In this document: piece after piece, positions 37,684 through 46,710 of the stretch | How positions within the stretch are numbered: position 1 is the first letter of the stretch | Layout: the number at the start of each line of letters is the position of its first letter | Assembly: GCA_947458265.1 (NCBI GenBank) | Contig: CANGYF010000004.1 | Coordinates: forward strand, 142,491 to 206,490 | Length of the DNA: 64,000 nt | Reading direction: 5' to 3' | Source: Betaproteobacteria bacterium | GTDB taxonomy: Bacteria; Pseudomonadota; Gammaproteobacteria; Burkholderiales; CAIKXV01 | The notes under the pieces: model-generated | Told to the model about the DNA's origin: nothing | What the model saw: the letters and a program-made list of their open reading frames with translations, nothing else | Databases searched by the model: none | Translations under genes and position numbers: made by a program

Positions 37684-38430
37684 TTAGCGCACCAGCAGCC
37701 AGACGCCGCCGGCCGTGCCGGCGGCGAGCAGCACTGCCAGGAGCGGGCTGGCAAAGCGCAGCGCCGGGGGGGCTTCGCCGTCGGCCAGCGGCTTGCGCCC
37801 GGTGAACATCGCCGTCAGCAGATTCCGGCGCAACACCAGCAGGTAGTACAGCACGGCTGCCACATGCACGCCGGCGAGCACCAGCAGTACCTCGAAGTTC
37901 CACTTGTGGATGGTGGTCAGCCAGTCGCTTGTCTCCTTGCTGACCCATCCCACCAGCGGACCTTCGGTCACGATATCGTCGTTGGCGAACATGCCGGTAC
38001 CCGCCTGAACCAGAAGGCACAGCAGCATCAGCGCGATCATCCAGCCGCCCAACGGTGTATGGCCGGCGTAGTGCGGCGGACTGCGCCGTACGAGCCCGGC
38101 GGCATATCGCATCGTCTCGCCCGGTCCATGCAGGAAATGGCCGAAGCGGGCGGTGGTCGAGCCGACCAGGCCCCAGGCGATGCGGAACAGGATCAGTGCC
38201 AGCACGGCGCTGCCCGACCACATGTGCCAGGTCATCTCGTCCAGCCCGCCGGTCTCGCCGGTGTACCAGGACACGGCCAGCAGCGCGACCAGCAGCCAGT
38301 GGAACAGGCGCACCGCCGGGTCCCATGTCCGGACCTCGCGTGAGCGCGCGGCGCCGTCGGGCCCGACGGCGCCGGGTCCGACAGGCTCATCGGGCGACGG
38401 TTCCGTGGCGGGTGGCGTCGATGACTTCAT
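37684..38430 (-). CDS. cytochrome b561-family membrane protein (Ni/Fe-hydrogenase b-type cytochrome-like)
   Basis: 248 aa from ATG 38430 (RBS GGGAGA). It has the 'WDPAVRLFHWLLV..SWYTGE' entry motif, four hydrophobic helices and conserved His residues. Confidence 0.8.
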   Translation of the reverse strand: MKSSTPPATEPSPDEPVGPGAVGPDGAARSREVRTWDPAVRLFHWLLVALLAVSWYTGETGGLDEMTWHMWSGSAVLALILFRIAWGLVGSTTARFGHFLHGPGETMRYAAGLVRRSPPHYAGHTPLGGWMIALMLLCLLVQAGTGMFANDDIVTEGPLVGWVSKETSDWLTTIHKWNFEVLLVLAGVHVAAVLYYLLVLRRNLLTAMFTGRKPLADGEAPPALRFASPLLAVLLAAGTAGGVWLLVR

Positions 38431-38630
38431 CAGGATTCTCCCGGACAATAGAGACGAGTCTGCCGTGACCTGCGGCGGCGTGGCAAGCACGGCATCGGTG
38501 CCGGCAGCCCCGCCACCGGCAAGGCGGCAGGCGGTGCATGACGATAATGCCGGCAGGCCCGCCCGGGCCCTGAGCCGGACGCGCCCCGGCCGCCTTGGCC
38601 GCTACGGGCGTTCCAATGGAGGAGTATCCG

Positions 38631-39614
38631 ATGCCGAGAATCGATGTATTGACGTTTCGGGGCGTTGCCGTAGCGCTGCTGGTGGCAGCGCTGCCGGCGG
38701 CGCCCGTGCATGCACAGGCATGGCCGTCGAAGGCGGTGCGCATGATTGTTCCGTTCCCGCCGGGCGGTTCGACCGACATCTTCGGTCGGCTGATGGCCGA
38801 GGCACTGACCCGGCAACTGGGCGTGCAGGTCGTGGTCGACAATCGCGGCGGTGCAGGCGGCAACATCGGCGCCGCGCTCGCGGCCCGCGCGCCGGCCGAC
38901 GGCTACACGATCTCGATGTTCACGGTCGCGCAGAGCATTGCCCCTTCCGTGATGAAGCTCGACTTCGACCCGGCGAAGGATTTCACCCCGATCACGCTGA
39001 TCGCGCGCCTGCCCAGCATCCTGCTCGTGCATCCGTCCCTGCCGGTGCGCAACGTGAAGGAGTTGCTGGCACTGATGAAGAAGCGGCCGGGCGCGCTCAA
39101 CTATGCATCGACCGGTCCGGGTACCTCGCCGCACATGCTGATGGAAATGTTCCTGCTGATGTCCGGCACCAAGGCGACGCACATCGCCTACAAGGGGGCG
39201 AGTCCGGCGATGGTCGACCAGCTGGGCGGGATGGTCGAGATGGGCTTCACCACCGGCATCGGGCCTTCCCTCGAGGCTGCGCGCAACGGCAAGCTGCGCG
39301 CGATCGCGGTGTCTACCGCCGAGCGCTACGCCGCACTGCCGAACGTGCCGACGGTGGCCGAGGGCGGCGTGCCCGGCTTCGATGGCAGCTCCTGGCAGGG
39401 GCTGGTGGCGCCGGCGGGCCTCCCGAAGGACATCCTGGCACGGCTGAGCGGCGAGGCGGTCAAGTGGATCCAGTCTCCCGAAGGGCGGGAGCGGATCGCG
39501 CAGCAGGGTGGCAATCCCGGCGGCAATTCGCCCGAGGCCTTCGGGCAGTTCATCCAGGAAGAGATCGCGCGCTGGGCGAAGGTGGCCAGGGCGGCGAACG
39601 TGCGTACCAATTGA
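38631..39614 (+). CDS. Bug-family (TctC-like) substrate-binding protein
   Basis: 327 aa from ATG 38631 (RBS GGAGGAG). The signal peptide ends AQA|WPSK and is followed by 'VPFPPGGSTD'. Confidence 0.9.
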   Translation: MPRIDVLTFRGVAVALLVAALPAAPVHAQAWPSKAVRMIVPFPPGGSTDIFGRLMAEALTRQLGVQVVVDNRGGAGGNIGAALAARAPADGYTISMFTVAQSIAPSVMKLDFDPAKDFTPITLIARLPSILLVHPSLPVRNVKELLALMKKRPGALNYASTGPGTSPHMLMEMFLLMSGTKATHIAYKGASPAMVDQLGGMVEMGFTTGIGPSLEAARNGKLRAIAVSTAERYAALPNVPTVAEGGVPGFDGSSWQGLVAPAGLPKDILARLSGEAVKWIQSPEGRERIAQQGGNPGGNSPEAFGQFIQEEIARWAKVARAANVRTN

Positions 39615-39669
39615 CTGGGGCGTCGCCTCTGCCTGCCGCGCGTGCGGCAGGCCACCAGGCGGCCTGCCG

Positions 39670-40926
39670 GTGAGGTTCGCCTCGGTTGCGTTCCGCGCAC
39701 TGCGCCACCGCAACTACGCCCTGTTCTTCGCCGGCCAGGGCCTGTCCATGGTCGGCTACTGGGTGCAGCAGGTGGCAGCCGGCTGGCTGATGTACGAACT
39801 GACGCAGTCGGCTTTCTCGCTCGGGCTGCTGGCTTTCTTCTCGAACCTGCCCGTGCTGCTGCTCTCGCCGCTGGCCGGGTGGTGGTCGGACCACGCGGAC
39901 CGGCGCCGGCTGATGCTCGCTTCGCAGGTGCTGCAGGGCTTGCAGGCGCTGGTGCTGGTGGTGCTCACGGTGAGCGGGCTTATCCAGCCCTGGCACCTCA
40001 TGGTGCTCGGCGCCATCCTGGGTGCCCTGGTGGCGCTGGAACTCGCGGTACGCCAGACCTTCCTGCTCGACCTGATCGATGTGCGAGAGGACCTGCCGAG
40101 TGCGATCTCGCTCACCGCCACGATGGGGCAGGCGGGCCGGCTGGTGGGACCGGCCATCGCGGGTGCGCTGCTGGTCGCGGTCGGACCCGCCTGGTGCTTC
40201 GCCGCCAATGCGCTGTGCTACGTGGTGGTCGTGGGCAGCATCGTGGCCATCCGCACGCCGCCGCAGGCGCCATCGGCCACGCGCGGGTCGTTCATCGAGG
40301 GCCTGCGCGAAGGCTTCGCCTACGCCTGGAATTCGTACCCGATCCGCAACCTGCTGGTTGCGCTGGCGCTGGTGAGCGTGCTGGTGACGCCCTACCAGAA
40401 CCTGATGCCGGCCTTCGTCGCGCAGGTCCATGCCGGTGACCCGAAGATGCTCGGGATGCTGCTCGCCCTGGCCGGCGGCGGCGCCCTGGCCGGCAGCCTG
40501 TACCTCGCGGCGCGGCCCAACGCAGGCGGGTTGCTGAACGTGCTGATCGCCGCGATGGCAACCGCCGGGCTCGGCCTGCTGGCCTTCGCGCTGAGCGACC
40601 GCTGGTGGCTGTCCGCGCCGCTGGTGGTGCTGGTCGGGCTGGGAGTGCTCGCCACGACGCTGCCGGTGCAACTGATCATGCAGACACTGGTGGACGACGA
40701 CAAGCGCGGCCGGGTGATGAGCCTGTCGACCATGCTCTTCATGGGCGTCGGTCCGATCGGGAACCTGCTGGCGGGCAGCATCGCCGAGGCGATCGGCCCC
40801 AGGCTGGCGCTCGCGCTCAACGGCGCAGTGTGCGCCGTCGCCGCGGTCTGGCTGTTCTCGCGGCGCGCCCGGATGCGCGCCGCGATGCGGCCGACCGTCG
40901 AGCGCCTCGGCATCCGTTCGCCTTGA
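39670..40926 (+). CDS. MFS transporter (EntS/MFS_3-like)
   Basis: Its GTG start at 39670 is the first plausible start upstream of 'FRALRHRNYALFFAGQGLSMVGYW'. It has about 12 hydrophobic segments and the loop 'WSDHADRRRLM'. Confidence 0.8.
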   Translation: MRFASVAFRALRHRNYALFFAGQGLSMVGYWVQQVAAGWLMYELTQSAFSLGLLAFFSNLPVLLLSPLAGWWSDHADRRRLMLASQVLQGLQALVLVVLTVSGLIQPWHLMVLGAILGALVALELAVRQTFLLDLIDVREDLPSAISLTATMGQAGRLVGPAIAGALLVAVGPAWCFAANALCYVVVVGSIVAIRTPPQAPSATRGSFIEGLREGFAYAWNSYPIRNLLVALALVSVLVTPYQNLMPAFVAQVHAGDPKMLGMLLALAGGGALAGSLYLAARPNAGGLLNVLIAAMATAGLGLLAFALSDRWWLSAPLVVLVGLGVLATTLPVQLIMQTLVDDDKRGRVMSLSTMLFMGVGPIGNLLAGSIAEAIGPRLALALNGAVCAVAAVWLFSRRARMRAAMRPTVERLGIRSP

Positions 40927-40957
40927 TGACCCTGCCGACTTTGGTACCCTAGGCCCC

Positions 40958-42349
40958 ATGGCACTCCCTGCACCCGCCCTCCGTGCGCACTGGAACCGGC
41001 TGCGCGTCCGTTCGCTGTCGCCGCGCGACCTGCTGGCGGTCGGGCTGCCGGCGCTGCTTCTGCTGGCTGGTGCGTTCTGGTTCGCGTCGCGCTTCATCCA
41101 GCCAGCTCCGCCCGGCTCTCTCGTGATGGCCACTGGCAGCGTCGAAGGTGCCTACCACCACTATGCAGAGCGCTACCGGGACATCCTTGCGCGCAAGGGG
41201 TTCGACCTTCGGCTGCGTCCGTCCGACGGCTCGGCCGAGAACCTCGAACTGCTCGATGGCCGTGCTGAAACCATCGATGTCGCATTCGTGCAGGGCGGGC
41301 TGGGCGCCCCGGAGAAGTCACCGTCGCTGGTGTCGCTCGGCAGCCTCTATCATGAGCCGCTGTGGGTCTTCCATAGATTGCCCGAGGACATCTCGCGCCT
41401 GTCCGACCTGCACGGCAAGCGCGTCGCCATCGGCCCCGAAGGCAGTGGCACGCGGCCGCTGGCGCTGCAACTGCTGCTCGCGAACGGGCTGGGGCCCGGG
41501 CAGGTGCGTCTGTCGGGGCTCACCGGCAAGGCTGCGGTCGAGGCCCTGCGCAGCGGGAAGGTCGATGCGCTGATGATGATCGCGGCGCCCGAGGCCGGCT
41601 ACATCGCCGAGTTGCTGCGCGATCCCGGTGTGCGCCTGATGAGCTTCGTCCAGGCCGACGCCTACACGAAGAAGTTCCTGTTCCTGTCGAAGGTCGTGCT
41701 GCCGCGCGGTTCGATCGACCTGGTGCGCGACCTTCCGCGCCAGGACGTGGCTCTGGTCGCGCCCACCGCGCAACTGGTCGCGCGCGCGGACCTGCATCCG
41801 ACGCTGCAGACGCTGCTGCTTCAGGCTGCGGCGCAAGTCCATGGTGGCGCCGGCCTGTTCCAGGCGGCGCGCGAGTTTCCGTCCGGTCAGCAGCAGGATT
41901 TCCCGCTCAGCCCTGAAGCGGAGCGCTTCCATCGTGGCGGGCTGCCGTTCCTGCAGCGCATCTTTCCGTTGTGGCTGGCGATCCTGATCGAGCGGCTGTG
42001 GGTGATGGTGCTGCCGCTGGTGGCAGTGGCGATCCCGCTGTCGCGCATCATCCCGCCGCTCTACAACTGGCGTATCCGCCGGCGCATCCTGAAGCTTTAT
42101 GGCGAACTGCGGCTGCTCGAGTACGACATCCGCTCGAACTTCGATGCATCCAGGGCCGTCGAGTACGAACAGAAGATCGATGCCCTCGAGGTCGCCGCCT
42201 ACACGCGGCCGATCCCGCTCGGCTTCACCGACCAGGTCTACCTGCTGCGCCAGCACATCAACCTCGCGCGCGAGACGCTGCGCCAGATGAGCGGCGGCGC
42301 GGCGTCGCGGCCGGCATTGCCGCCGGCCACCGGCAAGGCCGGAGCCTGA
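40958..42349 (+). CDS. TAXI-family TRAP-type solute receptor-like protein with N- and C-terminal membrane segments
   Basis: 463 aa. An N-terminal TM segment is followed by 'MATGSVEGAYHHYAERY' and 'VDVAFVQGG', a TAXI-like core. The C-terminus has a TM pair and a charged helical tail. Confidence 0.72.
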   Translation: MALPAPALRAHWNRLRVRSLSPRDLLAVGLPALLLLAGAFWFASRFIQPAPPGSLVMATGSVEGAYHHYAERYRDILARKGFDLRLRPSDGSAENLELLDGRAETIDVAFVQGGLGAPEKSPSLVSLGSLYHEPLWVFHRLPEDISRLSDLHGKRVAIGPEGSGTRPLALQLLLANGLGPGQVRLSGLTGKAAVEALRSGKVDALMMIAAPEAGYIAELLRDPGVRLMSFVQADAYTKKFLFLSKVVLPRGSIDLVRDLPRQDVALVAPTAQLVARADLHPTLQTLLLQAAAQVHGGAGLFQAAREFPSGQQQDFPLSPEAERFHRGGLPFLQRIFPLWLAILIERLWVMVLPLVAVAIPLSRIIPPLYNWRIRRRILKLYGELRLLEYDIRSNFDASRAVEYEQKIDALEVAAYTRPIPLGFTDQVYLLRQHINLARETLRQMSGGAASRPALPPATGKAGA

Positions 42350-42352
42350 TCG

Positions 42353-43750
42353 ATGTCACATGAAGCGGGCGGCGACAACCGCTACACCCGGGGCATCGCT
42401 GAGTTCGTCTCCGGGTTGCGTTACGAGGACGTTCCGCCCGAGGTGCTGGCGCGGATCAAGCTGCTGATGCTCGATTCGCTCGGCTGCGCACTGTACGGCG
42501 CCGACCTCGAGTGGAGCCGCATCCTGCAGCGCATGCTGTCGGTGGTCGATGCCACGCGTACCTGCCCGGTCTGGGGCACCGACCAGCGCCTTTCTGCCCC
42601 GCATGCGGCCCTGGTCAATGGCACGCAGGTACAGGGCTTCGAACTCGACGACGTTCACCGCGCCGGCGTGCTGCATGTCGGCGCCGTCGTGCTGCCGGCG
42701 CTGATCGCCGTGGCGCAGATGCGCCCCGGCATGACCGGTCGCGAGTTCCTGGCCGCGGCGGTGGCCGGCTACGAGGTCGGCCCGCGCGTCGGGCTGTGCA
42801 TGGGCCCGGAGCACATCGCCCAGGGCTGGCATTCGGGTGCGACCCTCGGTGTGTTTTCGGCAGCCGCCGGCGCGGCGCGCGGCCTTGGCCTCGATGCCGA
42901 CCGGACCGTGCATGCCCTGGGCATCGCCGGCACCCAGGCCGCCGGCCTGATGGCCGCGCAGTACGGTGCGATGGTCAAGCGGGTGCATGCTGGCCGTTCG
43001 TCGCAGAGCGGCCTCTACGGTGCGCTGTTCGCGCGCGAGGGCCTGACCGGCATCGTCAACGTGCTCGAGAGCGAGTACGGCGGCTACTGCACGACCTTCT
43101 CGCGCTCGACCGACCGCTTCAACCTGTCGGAGCTCACTGCCGGGTTCGGAACCACGTGGCAGACCATGGGCGTCGCGCTGAAGTTCTATTCCTGCGTCGG
43201 CAGCAACCACACGACGCTGGATGCGATCCGCGACATGCAGGCCGAGCGTGCGTTCGGTGCCGAGGAGGTCGACCGCATCCTGGTGCACGGCTCGCAGGTG
43301 ACGATGGACCATGTCGGCTGGAAGTACGTGCCGCAGGGGCTGACCTCAGCCCAGTTGAACCTGCCGTACTGCGTGGCGACCTGGCTGCTCGAGGGCGACT
43401 GCTTTGTCGACCAGTTCACTGACGACAAGGTGGCCGACCCGGAGCGCATGCGCATCGCGCAGAAGGTCGCCGTGCAGCATGACGACGTGATCACCGCCAA
43501 GGGCGCGAAGTACCGGCACGAGGTCAGGGTCGAACTCTGGCTGAAGGATGGCACCCGCTTCGAACGCCGGGTCGAGTCGGCGCGCGGCAGCGAGTACCGC
43601 TTCGCCTCGGATGCCGACGTGGTCGAGAAGTTCGGCAAGCTGGCGTCCAAGGCGCTGCCGCCGCGCAAGGTCGAGGCCCTGCGCGATGCGATCCTCGGTC
43701 TCGACACGCTGGCCGACGCCTCCACCCTCGGCGAACTGCTCGTCCGGTGA
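42353..43750 (+). CDS. MmgE/PrpD-family protein (not PrpD proper)
   Basis: 465 aa with 'LMLDSLGCALYG', 'NGTQVQGFELDDVH' and 'GWHSGATLGVF' blocks. It starts 4 nt after the preceding stop. Confidence 0.88.
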   Translation: MSHEAGGDNRYTRGIAEFVSGLRYEDVPPEVLARIKLLMLDSLGCALYGADLEWSRILQRMLSVVDATRTCPVWGTDQRLSAPHAALVNGTQVQGFELDDVHRAGVLHVGAVVLPALIAVAQMRPGMTGREFLAAAVAGYEVGPRVGLCMGPEHIAQGWHSGATLGVFSAAAGAARGLGLDADRTVHALGIAGTQAAGLMAAQYGAMVKRVHAGRSSQSGLYGALFAREGLTGIVNVLESEYGGYCTTFSRSTDRFNLSELTAGFGTTWQTMGVALKFYSCVGSNHTTLDAIRDMQAERAFGAEEVDRILVHGSQVTMDHVGWKYVPQGLTSAQLNLPYCVATWLLEGDCFVDQFTDDKVADPERMRIAQKVAVQHDDVITAKGAKYRHEVRVELWLKDGTRFERRVESARGSEYRFASDADVVEKFGKLASKALPPRKVEALRDAILGLDTLADASTLGELLVR

Positions 43751-44002
43751 GTCTCGCGCCGGAGGCGAGATTACAGACTGCGGCGCGCGTGCTGGCCGGG
43801 TACGCTGCCGGCATCACATGCGCGGCGGACGAAAGCCCACGGAGACCAACTTGAATGACATGAAGGCACCGGCCGCAGTCGGCCAGTCACCGCTGACCCC
43901 GCCCCAGGTGCGGGCGATGTATCCGGGCGCGCTTTGGTGTCGGATCGAGCGGATGCAGGCGCTGTGCAGCGAATGGACCGGCGCGCGCGCGTCGGCGGTC
44001 CC

Positions 44003-44920
44003 ATGAGTTTCGATGTGATCGTGGTGGGCGAGGGCATTGCCGGCCTGGCCACGGCGCGCGACTGTGCGCGGGCCGGCCTGCGCACCGGTACTGTCGAGCA
44101 GTTGATGTTCGGTGGGCTGGTGACCTCGATCAACGAGCTGGTCGACTGGCCTGCCGAGGGCGGCGACCCCTGCTCCGGCAGCGACGTGGCGACGAACTGG
44201 ATCACCGAGGCGGCCGATGCCGGGGTCGAGAGCCTGGGCGGCTGCGCGATCGGGCTGGCGAGCGCACCGGGCGGCCTGCTGCTGCACACCGATGCCGGCA
44301 GCCACGAGGCGCGCTGCGTGGTCGTGGCCTCCGGCGCGTCGCGCCGGCCGCTGGGCATCGCCGGGGAGGAAGACTACGCCGAGCGCGGCCTGTCGCATTG
44401 TGCCGACTGCGATGGCCCGCTGGTCAAGGGGGCCGACGTGGTGGTGGTCGGCGGTGGCGACAGTGCGCTGCAGGAGGCCGCGGTGCTGGCGCACTATGCG
44501 CGCACGGTACATGTCGTGCACCGGGGCAGCGCGTTTCGCGCGCGGCCGTCGGTGCGCGCGCTCTTCGAGCGCGCCTTCGAGGGCCGGCCCGATGCACTGC
44601 AGGTACACTGGCAATCGACGGTGTCGGCCATTGAAGGTGCCGGTGGCGTCGAGGCGGTCATCGTCGACGGGCCGTCCGGTGCGTCGCGGCTGCCGGTGCG
44701 CGCGGTGTATCCCTGCGTCGGCCTGGTGCCCAACAGCGGCTGGACCGGCCTGGCCACCGATGCGCAGGGTGCAATCGTCACCGATGACAGGCTGGCGGCG
44801 TCGTTGTCTGGAGTGTTCGCCGTCGGTGCGGTGCGCGCTGGCCATGGTGGTCGGCTGATCGACGCGGTAGCCGATGGCGCACTGGCCGCGAAGTCCGTGA
44901 AGGAGGCATTGCAATGCTGA
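44003..44920 (+). CDS. thioredoxin-reductase-like FAD/NAD(P)H disulfide oxidoreductase
   Basis: 305 aa from ATG 44003. It has the FAD fold 'VIVVGEGIAGL', a redox pair 'SHCADCDG' (canonical TrxB is CATCDG), 'VVVVGGGDSALQEA' and 'HRGSAFRA'. Confidence 0.85.
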   Translation: MSFDVIVVGEGIAGLATARDCARAGLRTGTVEQLMFGGLVTSINELVDWPAEGGDPCSGSDVATNWITEAADAGVESLGGCAIGLASAPGGLLLHTDAGSHEARCVVVASGASRRPLGIAGEEDYAERGLSHCADCDGPLVKGADVVVVGGGDSALQEAAVLAHYARTVHVVHRGSAFRARPSVRALFERAFEGRPDALQVHWQSTVSAIEGAGGVEAVIVDGPSGASRLPVRAVYPCVGLVPNSGWTGLATDAQGAIVTDDRLAASLSGVFAVGAVRAGHGGRLIDAVADGALAAKSVKEALQC

Positions 44921-45585
44921 AGCTCTGGGGAAGGCTCACGTCCAACCGCACGCAGAAGGTGCTGTGGACGCTGGCCGAGGTCGGCATCGAGTTCGAGATG
45001 ATCCTCGCCAGCGGCGTGATGGGTGCCGGCGGCCATGTCGCGAAGGGCAACAAGCCGTTCGGCCTGGTCGACACACCGGAGTACCGCGCGCTCAACCCGA
45101 ACGGGCGAATCCCGACGATCGACGACGACGGCTACGTGCTCTGGGAGTCGAACGCGATCTGCCGCTATCTGGTGATGCAGTACGCACCGGAGGCGATGTA
45201 CGGCAACGACGTGCGCACCTTCGCCTCGGCGACCCGCTGGCAGGATTTTGAGAACAACGAGCTGCTGCCGCCGCAGCACGAACTGGTGATGGAGCTGGTG
45301 CGCCTGCCGCCGGAGCAGCGCAGCGCCGACAACCTGGCCAAGGCCCGTGCCGCGTTCAACAAGCGGCTGGAGATCATCGAGGCACAGCTCGCGCGCACCC
45401 GCTACATGGTCGGCGACCGGTTCACGTTCGGCGACATCCCGATCGGCATCCGGGTGCATCGCTGGGTGCTGCTCGAGGCCGAGCGTCCGCGGTTTCCGAA
45501 CATCGAGCGCTGGTATGCCTCGCTGATCGAGCGGCCTGCCTTCCAGCGCTTCAGCGCAGACCCGGCCAACCATGTCGAGGGGTGA
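44914..45585 (+). CDS. glutathione S-transferase family protein
   Basis: 223 aa with the N-terminal thioredoxin-like part 'NPNGRIPTIDDDGYVLWESNAICRYL'. It overlaps the preceding gene by 7 nt. Confidence 0.9.
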   Translation: MLKLWGRLTSNRTQKVLWTLAEVGIEFEMILASGVMGAGGHVAKGNKPFGLVDTPEYRALNPNGRIPTIDDDGYVLWESNAICRYLVMQYAPEAMYGNDVRTFASATRWQDFENNELLPPQHELVMELVRLPPEQRSADNLAKARAAFNKRLEIIEAQLARTRYMVGDRFTFGDIPIGIRVHRWVLLEAERPRFPNIERWYASLIERPAFQRFSADPANHVEG

Positions 45586-45690
45586 TTGCGCCGGGGACGT
45601 CGGGGACGCACGCCCGTGCCTGCAATAGGTAAACTCCGGCCATCCTGAGCCGGCCCGTGAAGCCGGCGCACCATGGCCCCGGAGGACTTG

Positions 45691-46710
45691 ATGGACCGAT
45701 TCGATACCCCCACGCGCCCAGCCGCGCACACGCCTGCCACATCGACGCTGGCACTGACCCTGGCACTGGCCGCGTCTGCCGCGGCGATGCTCCCCGTCGG
45801 CGCGGCTGCCCAGGCACAGGCCTGGCCGGTCAAGCCGGTGCGGGTGATCTTCCCCTATCCCCCTGGCGGCGGCACCGACGCGGTCGGGCGCATCGCGACC
45901 AACGCGCTCACCGAGCAGCTCGGGCAGACCTTCATCGTCGATACCCGGCCTGGTGCCAGCGGCCAGATCGGCACCGAGGTCGCCAGCAAGTCGCCGGCCG
46001 ACGGCTACACGCTGGTCCTGGGCAACGTCGCGCCGCTGGCGATCCTGCCGGCGTCCAACCCGAAGCTGCCCTACGATCCGCTGCGTGACCTGGCTCCGAT
46101 CAGCCTGATCGCCACCTCCGATTACATCCTCACCGTGCACCCGTCGCTGCCGGTGAAGAACCTGAGTGACCTGCTCGCGCTCGCGAAGAAGCGCCCGGGC
46201 GAACTCAGCTTCGCCTCCAGCGGCGCGCTGGGCGGGCCGCACCTGGCGGGCGAACTGCTGAACCTGCTCGGTGGCGTCAACATGCTGCATGTGCCCTACA
46301 AGGGCAATGGCCCGGCGGTGGTCGCCGTGCTGTCTGGCGAGGCGACGATGCTCTATGGCACCGGGCCAGCCGTGGTTCCATTCGCGCAGCAGGGCAGGAT
46401 GCGCATCATCGCCACCACCGGCCTCACGCGCACGATCAAGGACGTGCCGGCGATCGCCGAGCAGATCAAGGACTTCCAGGTCACCCAGTGGTACGGGCTG
46501 CTGGCGCCCGCGGGTACGCCGCGCGAGATCATCGACCGCCTGGCGAAGGAGACCGCGCGCGCCGTGGCCGATCCGAAGAATGCGGCGGCGCTGGTGAAGC
46601 TCGGCGCCGATCCCATGACGAACAGCCCCGCCGACTTCCGGCGCTTCATCGAGGGCGAGATCGCGCGTTACACCAAGGTGGTGAAGGCGGCCAAGCTGAC
46701 CGCGCAATGA
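45691..46710 (+). CDS. Bug-family (TctC-like) substrate-binding protein
   Basis: 339 aa from ATG 45691 (RBS GGAGGA 4 nt upstream; ATG 45673 is an alternative). The signal ends AQA|WPVKP and is followed by 'FPYPPGGGTD'. Confidence 0.9.
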   Translation: MDRFDTPTRPAAHTPATSTLALTLALAASAAAMLPVGAAAQAQAWPVKPVRVIFPYPPGGGTDAVGRIATNALTEQLGQTFIVDTRPGASGQIGTEVASKSPADGYTLVLGNVAPLAILPASNPKLPYDPLRDLAPISLIATSDYILTVHPSLPVKNLSDLLALAKKRPGELSFASSGALGGPHLAGELLNLLGGVNMLHVPYKGNGPAVVAVLSGEATMLYGTGPAVVPFAQQGRMRIIATTGLTRTIKDVPAIAEQIKDFQVTQWYGLLAPAGTPREIIDRLAKETARAVADPKNAAALVKLGADPMTNSPADFRRFIEGEIARYTKVVKAAKLTAQ

